DNA of 32,000 nucleotides from an archaeon (GTDB lineage Archaea; Iainarchaeota; Iainarchaeia; Iainarchaeales; CSSED10-239): NCBI GenBank assembly GCA_041677685.1, contig JBAYPN010000003.1, positions 13,506 to 45,505 of the forward strand, read 5' to 3'. Shown piece by piece: positions 1 to 10,400 of this stretch (position 1 is its first letter; each line of letters starts with the position of its first letter). The notes under the pieces were generated by a model. It saw only the letters and a program-made list of their open reading frames with translations, ran no database searches and was not told where the DNA came from. The position numbers and the translations under genes were made by a program.

Positions 1-3000
1 AGAAACTGTACCATCTGCAGAGTTTGTTACACAAACTTCTCTAGATTTTATTTTTTCAAAAATATTATTAATTGATTTAATTTGAGATGCCTTGCCACTA
101 CTTCCAAAACTACTTGGGTCTAAAGAAACATCAATTCCATTTTGCTTTTGAACATTTATAGAATAATCTTTATTGTATGGTGTGTAAATTATTGATCTTA
201 AATAAACTTTGCCTTGGTAATTTACAATTGGCCATTCTAATTTATATCCGTTTTTAATTGGATCTCCTGCTAAGGTAATATGATCGAAGGTATTATTAAA
301 TGAAGAATATATGTCTTCTCCTGAAAGATCACAACCTTGTCCAACACCAGTCCATCTTGTAAATGTTTCTTCTCCATAAACAGCAGTATTATTAGAGTTA
401 TCCATTATCTTATAGTAGACTTCAAAAGGAGTAATCTTTGAGTTTTTTACAGACATTAAAACTGGAGTTGCAACACTTGGACTAAATATTAAATTAACAA
501 TATCTTCTGTAGATGTTATTTTTAAAATATTTCCTCTTGTTCCTACTTCTGAATTTATTTTAAAAATATTATCTACTGCTTCTATGTTTAAATATTTAAA
601 TGGATTTGAGCCTTTATCATAATAACTTCTTACTTGATCAACTTGTGAGGCATCTCCAATAATTATATCATCATTACCTGAATAAGCCAAACCATATCCT
701 TGTCTATTATATCCTGTGTCTGCATAACCTACAAGTCCATTAAATGGTAGTCTATAGAAAGCACTACTTGTTTCTGGTCCTTTAACATATGAGAAAGTAA
801 CAAAAGAATTTAGGTCTACTTTGTTATTGTTAACCATCTTCCAACCATCATTACCAAATATAAAGTCTATATCTATATCATAAAGTCCAGGTGTAAGAAT
901 GGTTACTTCTTCTTGATTTCCTGAATATTTTAAACTATAATTTAGATTATTTATAAACAATTTAGATAAGTACCCATCATCTGTCTGACCATTAAACATT
1001 CCTGGAGATGACATTAGAGCAAACTCTCCAACACCAGCACCACTATCAATAGATGCTTTTCCACCATAGGTTCTGTCGAAATCATTTTTGAAATTTATAT
1101 TATAATTATCAGTTATTAGCTTTGCTTTAAATTTAAGTAAATTTCTTAAAGTTGAAATGTCTTCTTGACTCCAACCATTACCCCCATTAACAGTCACATT
1201 TTCAGGATATTGGTTAGCATTAAACCACATGTCTATAAAGTCAATTCCATTATAAATTAAGGTCATTGCTGGAACTTTACAACCACTTGTTTCTGGAGCT
1301 TTATAATTTTCTAAAGTTATTTCTGTGGAGAAACTATTATACTCTGAATAGTTTCCTGTGTAGTTTAATGAAAGAGAAATGTTTTCATCTAATATCTTTT
1401 GAGTATTGGAACCAAATCTAAAGATTATGTCTGAAAAGTTATCTTCTCCAGATGGTGTTATTATATCATAACTATTTGCAATTGATTGCTCATCAAACTC
1501 TCCTGTTGAGTGATTATAAATTTCTACTTTTGTTGCAGGGTAATTTTCAAAAGTAGCAGTAACTGTTCCTGTTCTACTATCATTTGTTCTATTCTCTACA
1601 GACATATGCACAATAAACTGATTATCCTCAGTTCCAAATTTAACATCTGAGATTCCAACTTTTCCAAGAGGTATTTCATTTGTTACTCCATCTTCTTCTG
1701 CAACATATTGGTAAGTTCCTTCTAATGCTTCATCAGCAACTTGTTTATTGCTCTTTGGGCATTGAACATTTCTTTGCTCAATAAATTTTTTTGCTTTATC
1801 AATTCTATTTAAAATTACTTGAGTTAGTTGTGTTGCATCACAATAATTATCTTCACAATCATAAATATTATCTAAATCCCACTTCCAATCTAAGTTAACT
1901 TCAGGAACCGCACCTGGTCCAGTAAATCCAAGTTTATCTGAGTCTGTCATACAAGAATATACATTCAGATCAACATTTGGTTTTTCTTCAGTTTTTGGTA
2001 AATGGAATTCCACTCTATATTTTCCAATTCTTTGTGAGTCTTTAAAAGCTAAGTCTTGTTGACTTAAAGAATCATTTAAGGTTGGGTAGAAGTCGTATGT
2101 TTTATATTGACTTAATCTTGAACTATTCTTTATAACGTCATAAGCTGAATTATCAATAACAAAAGTAATTGGTTTGATTCCTGCTTGTTCAGGCCAAACA
2201 GTTTCATCTGAATTACATATTGAATAAATATTAAACTCTGCATTTACTTTCTTTCTAGGAATTGAACCATCACAATCTATTTTGAAATTTGTATAATCTT
2301 CATTTGATCCTGCTTCATCAACTCTTAAATTTGAACAAATACTAGTATTAATTATATCTAAAATATATTCTTGTTCTTCAACAACCGAATTTTGATAATT
2401 ACATTTTGGCACAACTACATTTAAAGTTTTATCTTCTGCTAACTTTCCTTTAATATTTACATATTTATTTAAATAAGTAGTATATCTTGCACCAGTAACA
2501 TCAAAAATATTTAGATATTCTTCCTCTAATTCATAATTATTTAAATTAATAACTTTTAATTGTTCAAAATCACTAAAGGTATATTCATCTGAGACATCTA
2601 AAATTCTATTTGATTCCTGAATATCATAATCAGATATAAAAATTGGAGTAACTAACATTGCAATTGCTGCAGTACCGGCAAGTATCCAACCAAATGGTGG
2701 CACTATACTACCTGTTACAATTATTGTTTTTAAACCAATTAATAATGCTACTGTAATAGTTGCTGCTGCTCCAGCCCCAATTGATGTTCCTAAATAACTT
2801 CCAAATCCAGGTCCATTAGCGTTAACCAAATTCTCTTTTTCATTAAATAACATCTTTGCAAAGATAGAAGAATCACTATCAAAGCCATCACTCATAAACT
2901 TAGAAAAACCATCTCCAGCTTTTTGAGTAGAATAATCCCAAGGTGTCTTTTTTAAATTATTATTATATAGTTTCTTTGTGGAAGTAACATAAGAATTATT

Positions 3001-6000
3001 TATATCTTCATTTACTTCAAAGAAAGGGTCGTCCATCCAAAGTTGGTCCTTAACATTTACCTTTAATGGCTTAGTAACTGAAGCTATTGCTCTATCATTA
3101 TTATCAAGAGCCTCTACCAACACTTCTAAAGTGTAAGCCCCAGGAACATCAGGTTTTTTCACACCAACAATTTTCTCTGTCTCTCCACTTCCAAAAGTTA
3201 TTTCATTTTGCTGAGTACCACTAACATTTTCAAACTTCAATTCTTGACAACCATAGTTTGTGGCTTTGTTAGGACATAAGGTTACCTTAAATCTTCCACT
3301 TTCAGAACAACTGTTTCTAATTATTAGTTCCTTACTTCCAACCTCATTTCCTAATACCCCAGAATCAATAACAAACATTCCACCAGGACTAATCTCTTTA
3401 TCATCACTATAAAAATCAAAACATTCAGAAATTTCTGTAATCTTAATCTCAGCTTCTAAAAGTTCTTCACCAGCACCATTATTAACATAAACAAGACCTT
3501 CATCAGTCTCTATCTGTGCATTTAGGTAAACTTTAGTTTTAATTTCTCCAAACTTGGTTCCAGCAGCATTATAACTTAAAACTGCAGAATAGTCTCTGTC
3601 AGCCTCAACATCTTCAACAACACTCTTATAAATCCCTTCTGTAAGCCTAATACTCTCTTGTCCAATCATCAAATCATAATAACCATATCTATCCCCTGAG
3701 GAAACAATCTTTGCTCTTATGTTTTTAAGGGTAGCTACTTGTTCTGGGTTTTCTTTTAGTCTACAATTGTTTTTAATAACAAAGTTTATCTGTTGACTTC
3801 CCCCACCATTAATAACACTCTTCCAAGGGTTAAAAAAGCCCTCAGCTATCAAGCAATTGTCTGAGTAAACACCACTACCCACAGATATCTTTGTTTTAAT
3901 TGGAATATCAAAAGCATACCTAGAACTTCCTTTCCTTAAATAACCAGTAATCACACCATCTAAGATCTCAGTTTCTACAAGATTTTTTGCATCTTGAGAA
4001 GGTACAATCTTAATGCTTAGCTCGTGAGAGGAGTTTGCAGGGATTACAAGTTCTCCTGAAATTTGAGTATTTAAGTAGTTTAAAGTTTTTCCAAGTGCTA
4101 ATAATGAAGAATATTTAAAATAAATATTTTCTGTTATAAAGTCATCTAATACAAGATCATAATTACTTTTATTATTGATTGTTATCTTTTCAACAGTTCC
4201 ATCAAAATCATTTTTATGAACATTTACAAGTAATGGTGAATCTGTTGTTAAAAGAGAACCATTTTTTGTAACTGACACAACTTCCTCAACAATTGGAATT
4301 TCTAAGTCTTTAGCAACATATGATGATTTATGTGCCCTAATTACAATTATTTCTCCTAGGTTAACAGCTGGCATAAGGATGTTTACTTTCCCTTCAGAAT
4401 CTGTTTTTAGTTTGCCAACAGATATTGCAAACATGTAATTGTTCATCTTTTGATAAACATCAATTGTTGCTCCTTCAACAGGATTTCCTGAAGCATCTTT
4501 TACCTTTACTAGCATATCAAAGTTTATGTTTGGTAAAATATTTTTTGGCTCATAATCAATTGTCATGTCATAGATCTTGTTTGAAAGTAAGTTAAGACCA
4601 AGATCATAAATAACCTCTTGTTCAGAAACAATAGTGTGTAATAATTTTGTTTGTCCAACATATAATGGGTTAATCTCCAAATTAAAATTTGTTTCTGAAA
4701 ATCCAGGGATGGTTGGTGCTGTTAGTTCCTCTCCATCAAATGGTATCTTAAAATTTTCTTCTCCATTATTTGAGTAACCTTGATCATTAAACACTCCTTC
4801 AATCTCATAACTTCTAATATTTACTTTTTCTGTTTTATAGTTTGAAAGATCTGTGTTTTTAATTATCATTCTTGCATTATCATAACTTATGGTTTTTGCA
4901 TTCTTTAAAGAATATTCTAATTTATAGTCTGAATTTATTAACATTGGAATTTCTAGGTTGCTTGCAATATCATATCTAAGATCTTCTTTAACATCTAAAA
5001 ACTGACCACTAAAACAAAATACCTCTGTACAAAGGTTTTCTGCCTCTATGTAATATTGATATTGTTGATAAGTGGAGATGTTAACTAAACTTCCAGAATT
5101 AGAGATGTATGATTTAAAGTAAACTGGGATCATGTCTCCAATTACAGCATTTCTTACTCTAACAGGAACTGACAACTCATACACTCCAGGGGTAATATCA
5201 CTCCACAAAAGATCAACTAACTTTGCTTCATTTCCAGAAGCTACAGATGTATCAAATGGATTGTTTGCATAATAAACAGGTACACCTAGGCTATTTACAA
5301 TTGCCTTAATATAAACAATATCATCACTAACATTATTTTTAGAACCAACTCTGAAAACAAAACCCATTCTGTCTTTTGAGATTGGGGTCACAATTCTAAA
5401 TTTAAAATAAAAGACTTCATTATTTTTTAAAGATTCAACCTTGCTTCCAGAGGTATTATAGACCCCCAGATAATCAGCTAATGGGACTTCTCCTGAATAT
5501 TCTGTGTACAGAACAACTTGTTTACTAACACTTCCATCTTTCTTTAGCTCTATGATGTCTGTAAAGTATGGCATATAGCCTTCTTTGTTAACTTTTAAAT
5601 AAATCTTCTTATCAGCCTTTAAAAGCTTAGAAAAAATCCCTGAGCTGTTTGAAAAATCTTTACCTATAAAGTTTCCATCAGAAGAAAAAATACTAACTTC
5701 ACAATCACTAACATTATCCCCATAGGAATTCTTGATCGCCAATTGAACAGTTGCTCTTCCAATCTCTACAGAAACCTCTAAGTTACTATCAACTGGAGGG
5801 GTGTGATTAAAGTCAGAGGAGTCTCCTTCCAAATAGTTCTTTTTAACTTTTAAAAAATAATTTCCAATTGGGATATCTTCAAACAAAACATCTCCATTAA
5901 CATCTGTTGTTTCAAAATTAAATCTAACATCAATATACCCAGTCACAGCATCATAGATTAAGACTTTTGCATTATTTACAACCAAACCATCTTCATCATA

Positions 6001-7317
6001 AACATTTGCTTTTATTTTTGAAACATTACTTATAGTTTTCTTCTCTAAGTTAAAAGTGTAGGTGTTAAGTGTTTTAGTTACAACCTTTACTTGTGGAATG
6101 TAGCCATCAACAGAGGCTTTTAAAGAATATTCTTTATTAGCATCTATGTCAAAGGTAAAACCTTGAGTGTGTGCTCTAATATCAATTGTTTGATTACCAT
6201 CTTCTAACAAAGTTATTGTTGGGTTAATTAATGGGTCTGTAATTTCTAGACCACTCTCTAAGTCTAAAATTGTGGCTGTAATTGTTCTTAAAGTTATCTC
6301 TTGATTGGTGTCAGGATCAATTATTGGTCCTCCACCTTCTACTTGTGTGTCTACCATATTAATTTCTAGATTAATAAGATCATCTTTAATTATTGTAAAA
6401 TCAGAATTGTTTGATAAATATCTTCCGTTTGGATCATTTGCCACTGCCCTATATTCTCCAACAGGTAGGTCATTAAACTTAACACTTGCCCAATTTGTTT
6501 GTTGACTTCTAATTGGATTAACAAGATCATCTTTTTCAAAAAGATTGACAGTGATGTCATCTAAAAAGCTAATCCCACTTTTAATTGTTAACTTTACATC
6601 TCCTAGATTTTCAGAAATATTTCTTTTAGAGACATTAACAACAGATTGATTTTCTGGAATTAAAGTTCCTTCAACAAAATAATTTAGACCTTCAACTGTA
6701 GCATATAGGTTACCACAATCACTAGGAACATCAAAAGAATAGTTACCATTCTCAATGGTTACAGAGCTTGGAGTGATTAGTTCTCCATTCTCACACCTAA
6801 CCATAACCTTTAGTTCATCATTAATTACTTGTGTTGTTAAAGAGTCTATAAAGGATAATGTCTTTTTACTATAGTCAGGTAGATTAAAGATACTTAAGAT
6901 TACTTTAAATTCTGGTTGGGTAAGATCAATCTTCTTTTCAAACAACTCATAGCCTTGCTTTTGGACAATCAACATGTAGTCTGAAGAGGAATCTAAAGTG
7001 ACTACCTTTGAACCATTTGCTTCTGTAAAGTATGTTTTTTCAGAATTTGTGTATATGTTTTTTATAGAAAATTCTAAATTTGATAGAATAGAGCCGTTGT
7101 TGTCTGCAATCTTTATTGTAATATCATTAAAGCTTTGTTTGTTTGAAGATAGAAAGTCATGTGGAATTACAAAATATAAGATTACTAAAATTATTAAAAT
7201 TAAGATAACAAAAGAAAAAAGTGGAAAAATCTTATCTAAGGGCTGTGTTATTTTTTTAATTGGAATTCTGTTATTTACCTTATCTAAAAAAGATTGCCAT
7301 TTTTCTGAAAAACTCAT
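1..7317 (-). CDS. Giant N-terminally membrane-anchored surface protein (CarboxypepD_reg-like repeats, internal hydrophobic pair, C-module). The 3' end is truncated by the window edge; 2439 codons are visible.
   Basis: This ORF is not in the supplied ORF track because it has no stop inside the window. The minus-strand ATG is the complement of 7315-7317. It is preceded by an in-frame TAA and by AGGTGA (7327-7332) 9 nt upstream. Hand translation in the frame with codons at 3n+1..3n+3 gives MSFSEKWQSFLDKVNNRIPIKKITQPLDKIFPLFSFVILILIILVILYFVIPHDF. More than 20 spot-checked 60-nt lines across 1-7317 contain no in-frame tta/cta/tca. The track lists no competing ORF of 60 aa or more in 1-6300 on either strand. 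A CarboxypepD_reg-like repeat is seen at 4441-4530 (NINFDMLVKVKDASGNPVEGATIDVYQKMN). The last ~930 codons align to the 1009-aa product, and that alignment implies roughly 40 codons are missing beyond position 1. Confidence 0.9.
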   Translation of the reverse strand, partial: MSFSEKWQSFLDKVNNRIPIKKITQPLDKIFPLFSFVILILIILVILYFVIPHDFLSSNKQSFNDITIKIADNNGSILSNLEFSIKNIYTNSEKTYFTEANGSKVVTLDSSSDYMLIVQKQGYELFEKKIDLTQPEFKVILSIFNLPDYSKKTLSFIDSLTTQVINDELKVMVRCENGELITPSSVTIENGNYSFDVPSDCGNLYATVEGLNYFVEGTLIPENQSVVNVSKRNISENLGDVKLTIKSGISFLDDITVNLFEKDDLVNPIRSQQTNWASVKFNDLPVGEYRAVANDPNGRYLSNNSDFTIIKDDLINLEINMVDTQVEGGGPIIDPDTNQEITLRTITATILDLESGLEITDPLINPTITLLEDGNQTIDIRAHTQGFTFDIDANKEYSLKASVDGYIPQVKVVTKTLNTYTFNLEKKTISNVSKIKANVYDEDGLVVNNAKVLIYDAVTGYIDVRFNFETTDVNGDVLFEDIPIGNYFLKVKKNYLEGDSSDFNHTPPVDSNLEVSVEIGRATVQLAIKNSYGDNVSDCEVSIFSSDGNFIGKDFSNSSGIFSKLLKADKKIYLKVNKEGYMPYFTDIIELKKDGSVSKQVVLYTEYSGEVPLADYLGVYNTSGSKVESLKNNEVFYFKFRIVTPISKDRMGFVFRVGSKNNVSDDIVYIKAIVNSLGVPVYYANNPFDTSVASGNEAKLVDLLWSDITPGVYELSVPVRVRNAVIGDMIPVYFKSYISNSGSLVNISTYQQYQYYIEAENLCTEVFCFSGQFLDVKEDLRYDIASNLEIPMLINSDYKLEYSLKNAKTISYDNARMIIKNTDLSNYKTEKVNIRSYEIEGVFNDQGYSNNGEENFKIPFDGEELTAPTIPGFSETNFNLEINPLYVGQTKLLHTIVSEQEVIYDLGLNLLSNKIYDMTIDYEPKNILPNINFDMLVKVKDASGNPVEGATIDVYQKMNNYMFAISVGKLKTDSEGKVNILMPAVNLGEIIVIRAHKSSYVAKDLEIPIVEEVVSVTKNGSLLTTDSPLLVNVHKNDFDGTVEKITINNKSNYDLVLDDFITENIYFKYSSLLALGKTLNYLNTQISGELVIPANSSHELSIKIVPSQDAKNLVETEILDGVITGYLRKGSSRYAFDIPIKTKISVGSGVYSDNCLIAEGFFNPWKSVINGGGSQQINFVIKNNCRLKENPEQVATLKNIRAKIVSSGDRYGYYDLMIGQESIRLTEGIYKSVVEDVEADRDYSAVLSYNAAGTKFGEIKTKVYLNAQIETDEGLVYVNNGAGEELLEAEIKITEISECFDFYSDDKEISPGGMFVIDSGVLGNEVGSKELIIRNSCSESGRFKVTLCPNKATNYGCQELKFENVSGTQQNEITFGSGETEKIVGVKKPDVPGAYTLEVLVEALDNNDRAIASVTKPLKVNVKDQLWMDDPFFEVNEDINNSYVTSTKKLYNNNLKKTPWDYSTQKAGDGFSKFMSDGFDSDSSIFAKMLFNEKENLVNANGPGFGSYLGTSIGAGAAATITVALLIGLKTIIVTGSIVPPFGWILAGTAAIAMLVTPIFISDYDIQESNRILDVSDEYTFSDFEQLKVINLNNYELEEEYLNIFDVTGARYTTYLNKYVNIKGKLAEDKTLNVVVPKCNYQNSVVEEQEYILDIINTSICSNLRVDEAGSNEDYTNFKIDCDGSIPRKKVNAEFNIYSICNSDETVWPEQAGIKPITFVIDNSAYDVIKNSSRLSQYKTYDFYPTLNDSLSQQDLAFKDSQRIGKYRVEFHLPKTEEKPNVDLNVYSCMTDSDKLGFTGPGAVPEVNLDWKWDLDNIYDCEDNYCDATQLTQVILNRIDKAKKFIEQRNVQCPKSNKQVADEALEGTYQYVAEEDGVTNEIPLGKVGISDVKFGTEDNQFIVHMSVENRTNDSRTGTVTATFENYPATKVEIYNHSTGEFDEQSIANSYDIITPSGEDNFSDIIFRFGSNTQKILDENISLSLNYTGNYSEYNSFSTEITLENYKAPETSGCKVPAMTLIYNGIDFIDMWFNANQYPENVTVNGGNGWSQEDISTLRNLLKFKAKLITDNYNINFKNDFDRTYGGKASIDSGAGVGEFALMSSPGMFNGQTDDGYLSKLFINNLNYSLKYSGNQEEVTILTPGLYDIDIDFIFGNDGWKMVNNNKVDLNSFVTFSYVKGPETSSAFYRLPFNGLVGYADTGYNRQGYGLAYSGNDDIIIGDASQVDQVRSYYDKGSNPFKYLNIEAVDNIFKINSEVGTRGNILKITSTEDIVNLIFSPSVATPVLMSVKNSKITPFEVYYKIMDNSNNTAVYGEETFTRWTGVGQGCDLSGEDIYSSFNNTFDHITLAGDPIKNGYKLEWPIVNYQGKVYLRSIIYTPYNKDYSINVQKQNGIDVSLDPSSFGSSGKASQIKSINNIFEKIKSREVCVTNSADGTVS
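2635..2796 (-). other. Internal Gly/Ala-rich hydrophobic segment with two TM-length stretches, in the middle of the 1-7317 product.
   Basis: Hand translation of 2635-2820 gives ANGPGFGSYLGTSIGAGAAATITVALLIGLKTIIVTGSIVPPFGWILAGTAAIAMLVTPIFI. Confidence 0.7.
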
Positions 7318-7326
7318 GTTTTACTT

Positions 7327-7332
7327 TCACCT
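7327..7332 (-). promoter_or_regulatory. Shine-Dalgarno AGGTGA, 9 nt upstream of the ATG at 7317.
   Basis: The plus strand reads tcacct at 7327-7332. This is complementary to the conserved 16S 3' end ...UCACCU... Confidence 0.6.
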
Positions 7333-7374
7333 AAAAAAATAAATTAAAATTAAAAAGGACAAAAAGAACTGTCC
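7333..7374 (-). terminator. Short stem-loop (GGACA-GTTCTTTT-TGTCC) followed by a T-rich tract. Candidate weak terminator or attenuator between the 1009-aa gene and the 1-7317 gene.
   Basis: The minus strand reads GGACAGTTCTTTTTGTCC (7374-7357) and then TTTTTAATTTTAATTTATTTTTTT (7356-7333). It begins 33 nt after the TAG at 7407-7409. The stem is only 5 bp. Confidence 0.3.
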
Positions 7375-7406
7375 AACAAATAATGTAATATTATAAGCTA
7401 TAAATT

Positions 7407-10400
7407 CTAATCTTTGATACATCCACCTTTACTTTCAGCCCAAACATTCTGTTCCTCATACTCCATAGAGTTATTAAAGAACTTTTCAATAATTGCTTTT
7501 GGATTATAATATACTTCTAAGTTTGTTGCTGAATAGTTGATACATGCTTTTTTCTCAGCCACAAGATCATATATTTGTTTTAAAGATTTAATATCATAAC
7601 TTTGTCCAAACACATTCTTAAGTTCAATATCTTTACCGCTAATTTCTTGGTTTCCATTATATGTATAAAGCATCATGTCATCACTATATGAGTCTGCATA
7701 CAATTGACTAATTCCTGTTCCTGTTGTAAAGTTACTTGGAGTGTAGAATATTGTTCTTAAAAATACATTTCCTTTTCTTATGATAATGTCTTCTGGCCAT
7801 TCAACACCATAACTATATGTTTGGGATGGTGTGTGTGGTGCCAATTGGGAGTTTGTTGCTAAAAGATCAGGCTTATTTAAAAACATCTGCTGTATTGGTA
7901 CTCCTGTAAAGTCATTACATTCTCCAACCCCAGTCCACTTTGTAAGCTCTTGACCAGGATGTGCTGCAACTCCTCCTAAATTTTCTGGGTTTCCAATACT
8001 TAGTTTATAGAAAGCATATGCATCATTTAGTTGATTGCCTACCTTTAAAACAACAGGGCTTGCTCTTGATGGCACAAATCTTAAATTTGGATTTCTATGT
8101 GCTGAATCTGTGTTGATTGACAATATCATTCCTCTTGTTTGGTTGTTGTTCATGATTGCAAAGTCTTCTGCTCTTACCCCATATTCTTTAACACTCAGAG
8201 TATTTACTGTGTTTGAGGAAGTAAATGGTTCTGATCTCATATTAATTTCATGATCTAAATCTATAACATCTCCAATATAATCTAAACCATAACCTTGTCT
8301 AGCATTTGGTGTAGTGATTCCTACAACTCCATCAAATGGCATATAATAAACTGGAGAATCCATTTCAGGACCAATTTCTTTTGTTAACTTAATTGTTATG
8401 TCTCCTACTAAGTTATGAGCATCATCAAAAAGTCTCCATTGATCATCATATTCAATATTAACTTGAACTTCATATCTTCCAGGACCTGATAGGGTTTTAC
8501 CTTCATCAAATCCAATTTGGAATTTAAATTTATCAGGATGTATGAAATATTTATATAGATCATCTCCATTTCCTGTTGGATTATAATAGAAGTTTGAAAC
8601 TCCCATAAATTGTGTTCTATAATATTCATCAAAGTCCATTCTAAAGTCATCTGAGTAACCATCATACATTAACAATGATCTAAAATTAACATAAACATCA
8701 TCTTTAAACTTAGGGTTTATTTTCTTTGAAAATAATTTAATATTTTGGCTTGTGTGATCTAGTGCACATTCAACAGCTGAGGTGTTAAACATATTCTTTA
8801 ACTCATCATCTCCTTTTAGATTAGGAATTGTTTCTACAAAGTTAATTAACTTAGCAGTTACTTCATAATCAGTAGAGTCAGGCAAATAACCAACAATAAA
8901 TTCCTCTGTGCCTTCAAACACTCCATGTATTCTAATATCATCTGCTATTATATTTAAAGTTACAGTATTACTAATTGGGTCTGCTTTACTAGTTGAATTA
9001 AATTTAATTTCTAGTTGTGCAATTGTTTGATTTGGAGCTGCCCAAACATCAAATCCACCTTCTACTCTATAATCAACTAAAATTTTATTTATTCCATCAT
9101 AGCTTGAATCTAAAGAAGACACTCCAATGTTGTTAACATCTGTTATTATTGGTCTGTTAACTCCTGGTTGAGGACAAATAAATTGAGATTTGTTTTGTTC
9201 TACAAATTTATTAATTTCATTTATTTTTCTTAAAACCTCAATTGAGAATTGAGTAGCATCACAATAAATTCCTGATTTTGTTTTATCATTTGGATTAACA
9301 TCACACCATTCTACTCTATCAAGTTGATTACCATTAATTGCTGTAGAGGTGTTTGACTTGTCTGCAAAAGTCCAATCAAAGGCAACCTTTGGTAGTGTTT
9401 CTTGTCCAGTTGTTCCAATTGGAAGTCCTGATTCATCAAAACAATCTAATTGATCATAATTAAGAGTTGCATTTTCATCATTTGTCCAAGAATTAAATTG
9501 TAAATGGAAAATTTGGTAAATGTCTTTTACTGTTCTTGCATTTCTTATTTCTTCGTTTAATTTTTTATTATCAGAAACTTTATCTAAGCTTAATAGGTTT
9601 TTACCTGTTGAGAAAGGAGATAGTAAGAAGGTTAACCATTCTCCATCTAAAAGATCAGAGGTTTTAAGAGACACATTAATATTACCTTTGTATTCTGCTT
9701 TTTTATATTTAGCAACTAGGTATCTATATTCATAAGAATTTTGAATACTTTTGTTTGGGTCTTCAAACAACATTCCTCTTTTTTGTCCTTGTACAGAATT
9801 GTTATCAAGATTATATAATTGTTGAACTGTTGTTTCTTTTTCTAATCTAAAAGCTGGAGAAGTGTTTTCTTCATAAAGTGTGGATAGAGGTTGAGTTTTT
9901 ATATATTCTATATCAAAAACATTTTTGTCTGTTAACACCATTGTGTCATATGGACCATCTGAACTATTAATACTTCTAGAATTATTTGTTGTTTCTTCTC
10001 TTTGCACACCTTGTATTCTGCCTTCATAAAGTTGGTCTCCATAATTTGCATAATCTGCAGAATTAAATTTATCTTTATCAATATAGTCTCTTTCATCTTC
10101 AGAGATGTTAACTTTATCTTTGGTTACTGTAAAATCAATATCTTTGTTTAGATTTTTATAAGTATTAAAACCTGAAAAGGCTCCACCTAAAAGTCCATGA
10201 ACAATTGGATTTAAACCAATTAATTTATTGATACCAGTTCCAAATAGATTGAAAAGAGAATCTAATGCTGAAGAACCTTGATTAATTGCACCTGCTGTAT
10301 TTGTTAGATTCCCTAAAATATTAGTATTTTGTGTAGTTTCTTCATCACCATCTGCATAGACACCAAAACTAAACACTCCTACAACTATAACAAACACAAA

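Noticed and set aside
8408-8665. Minus-strand alternative-frame ORFs inside giant genes (8408-8665, 85 aa; 21585-21794, 69 aa).
   Set aside because: They are nested out of frame within the 1009-aa and 2342-aa CDS. They are Met/Ile/Leu/Asn-rich, have no start signals of their own, and their length is within chance expectation.
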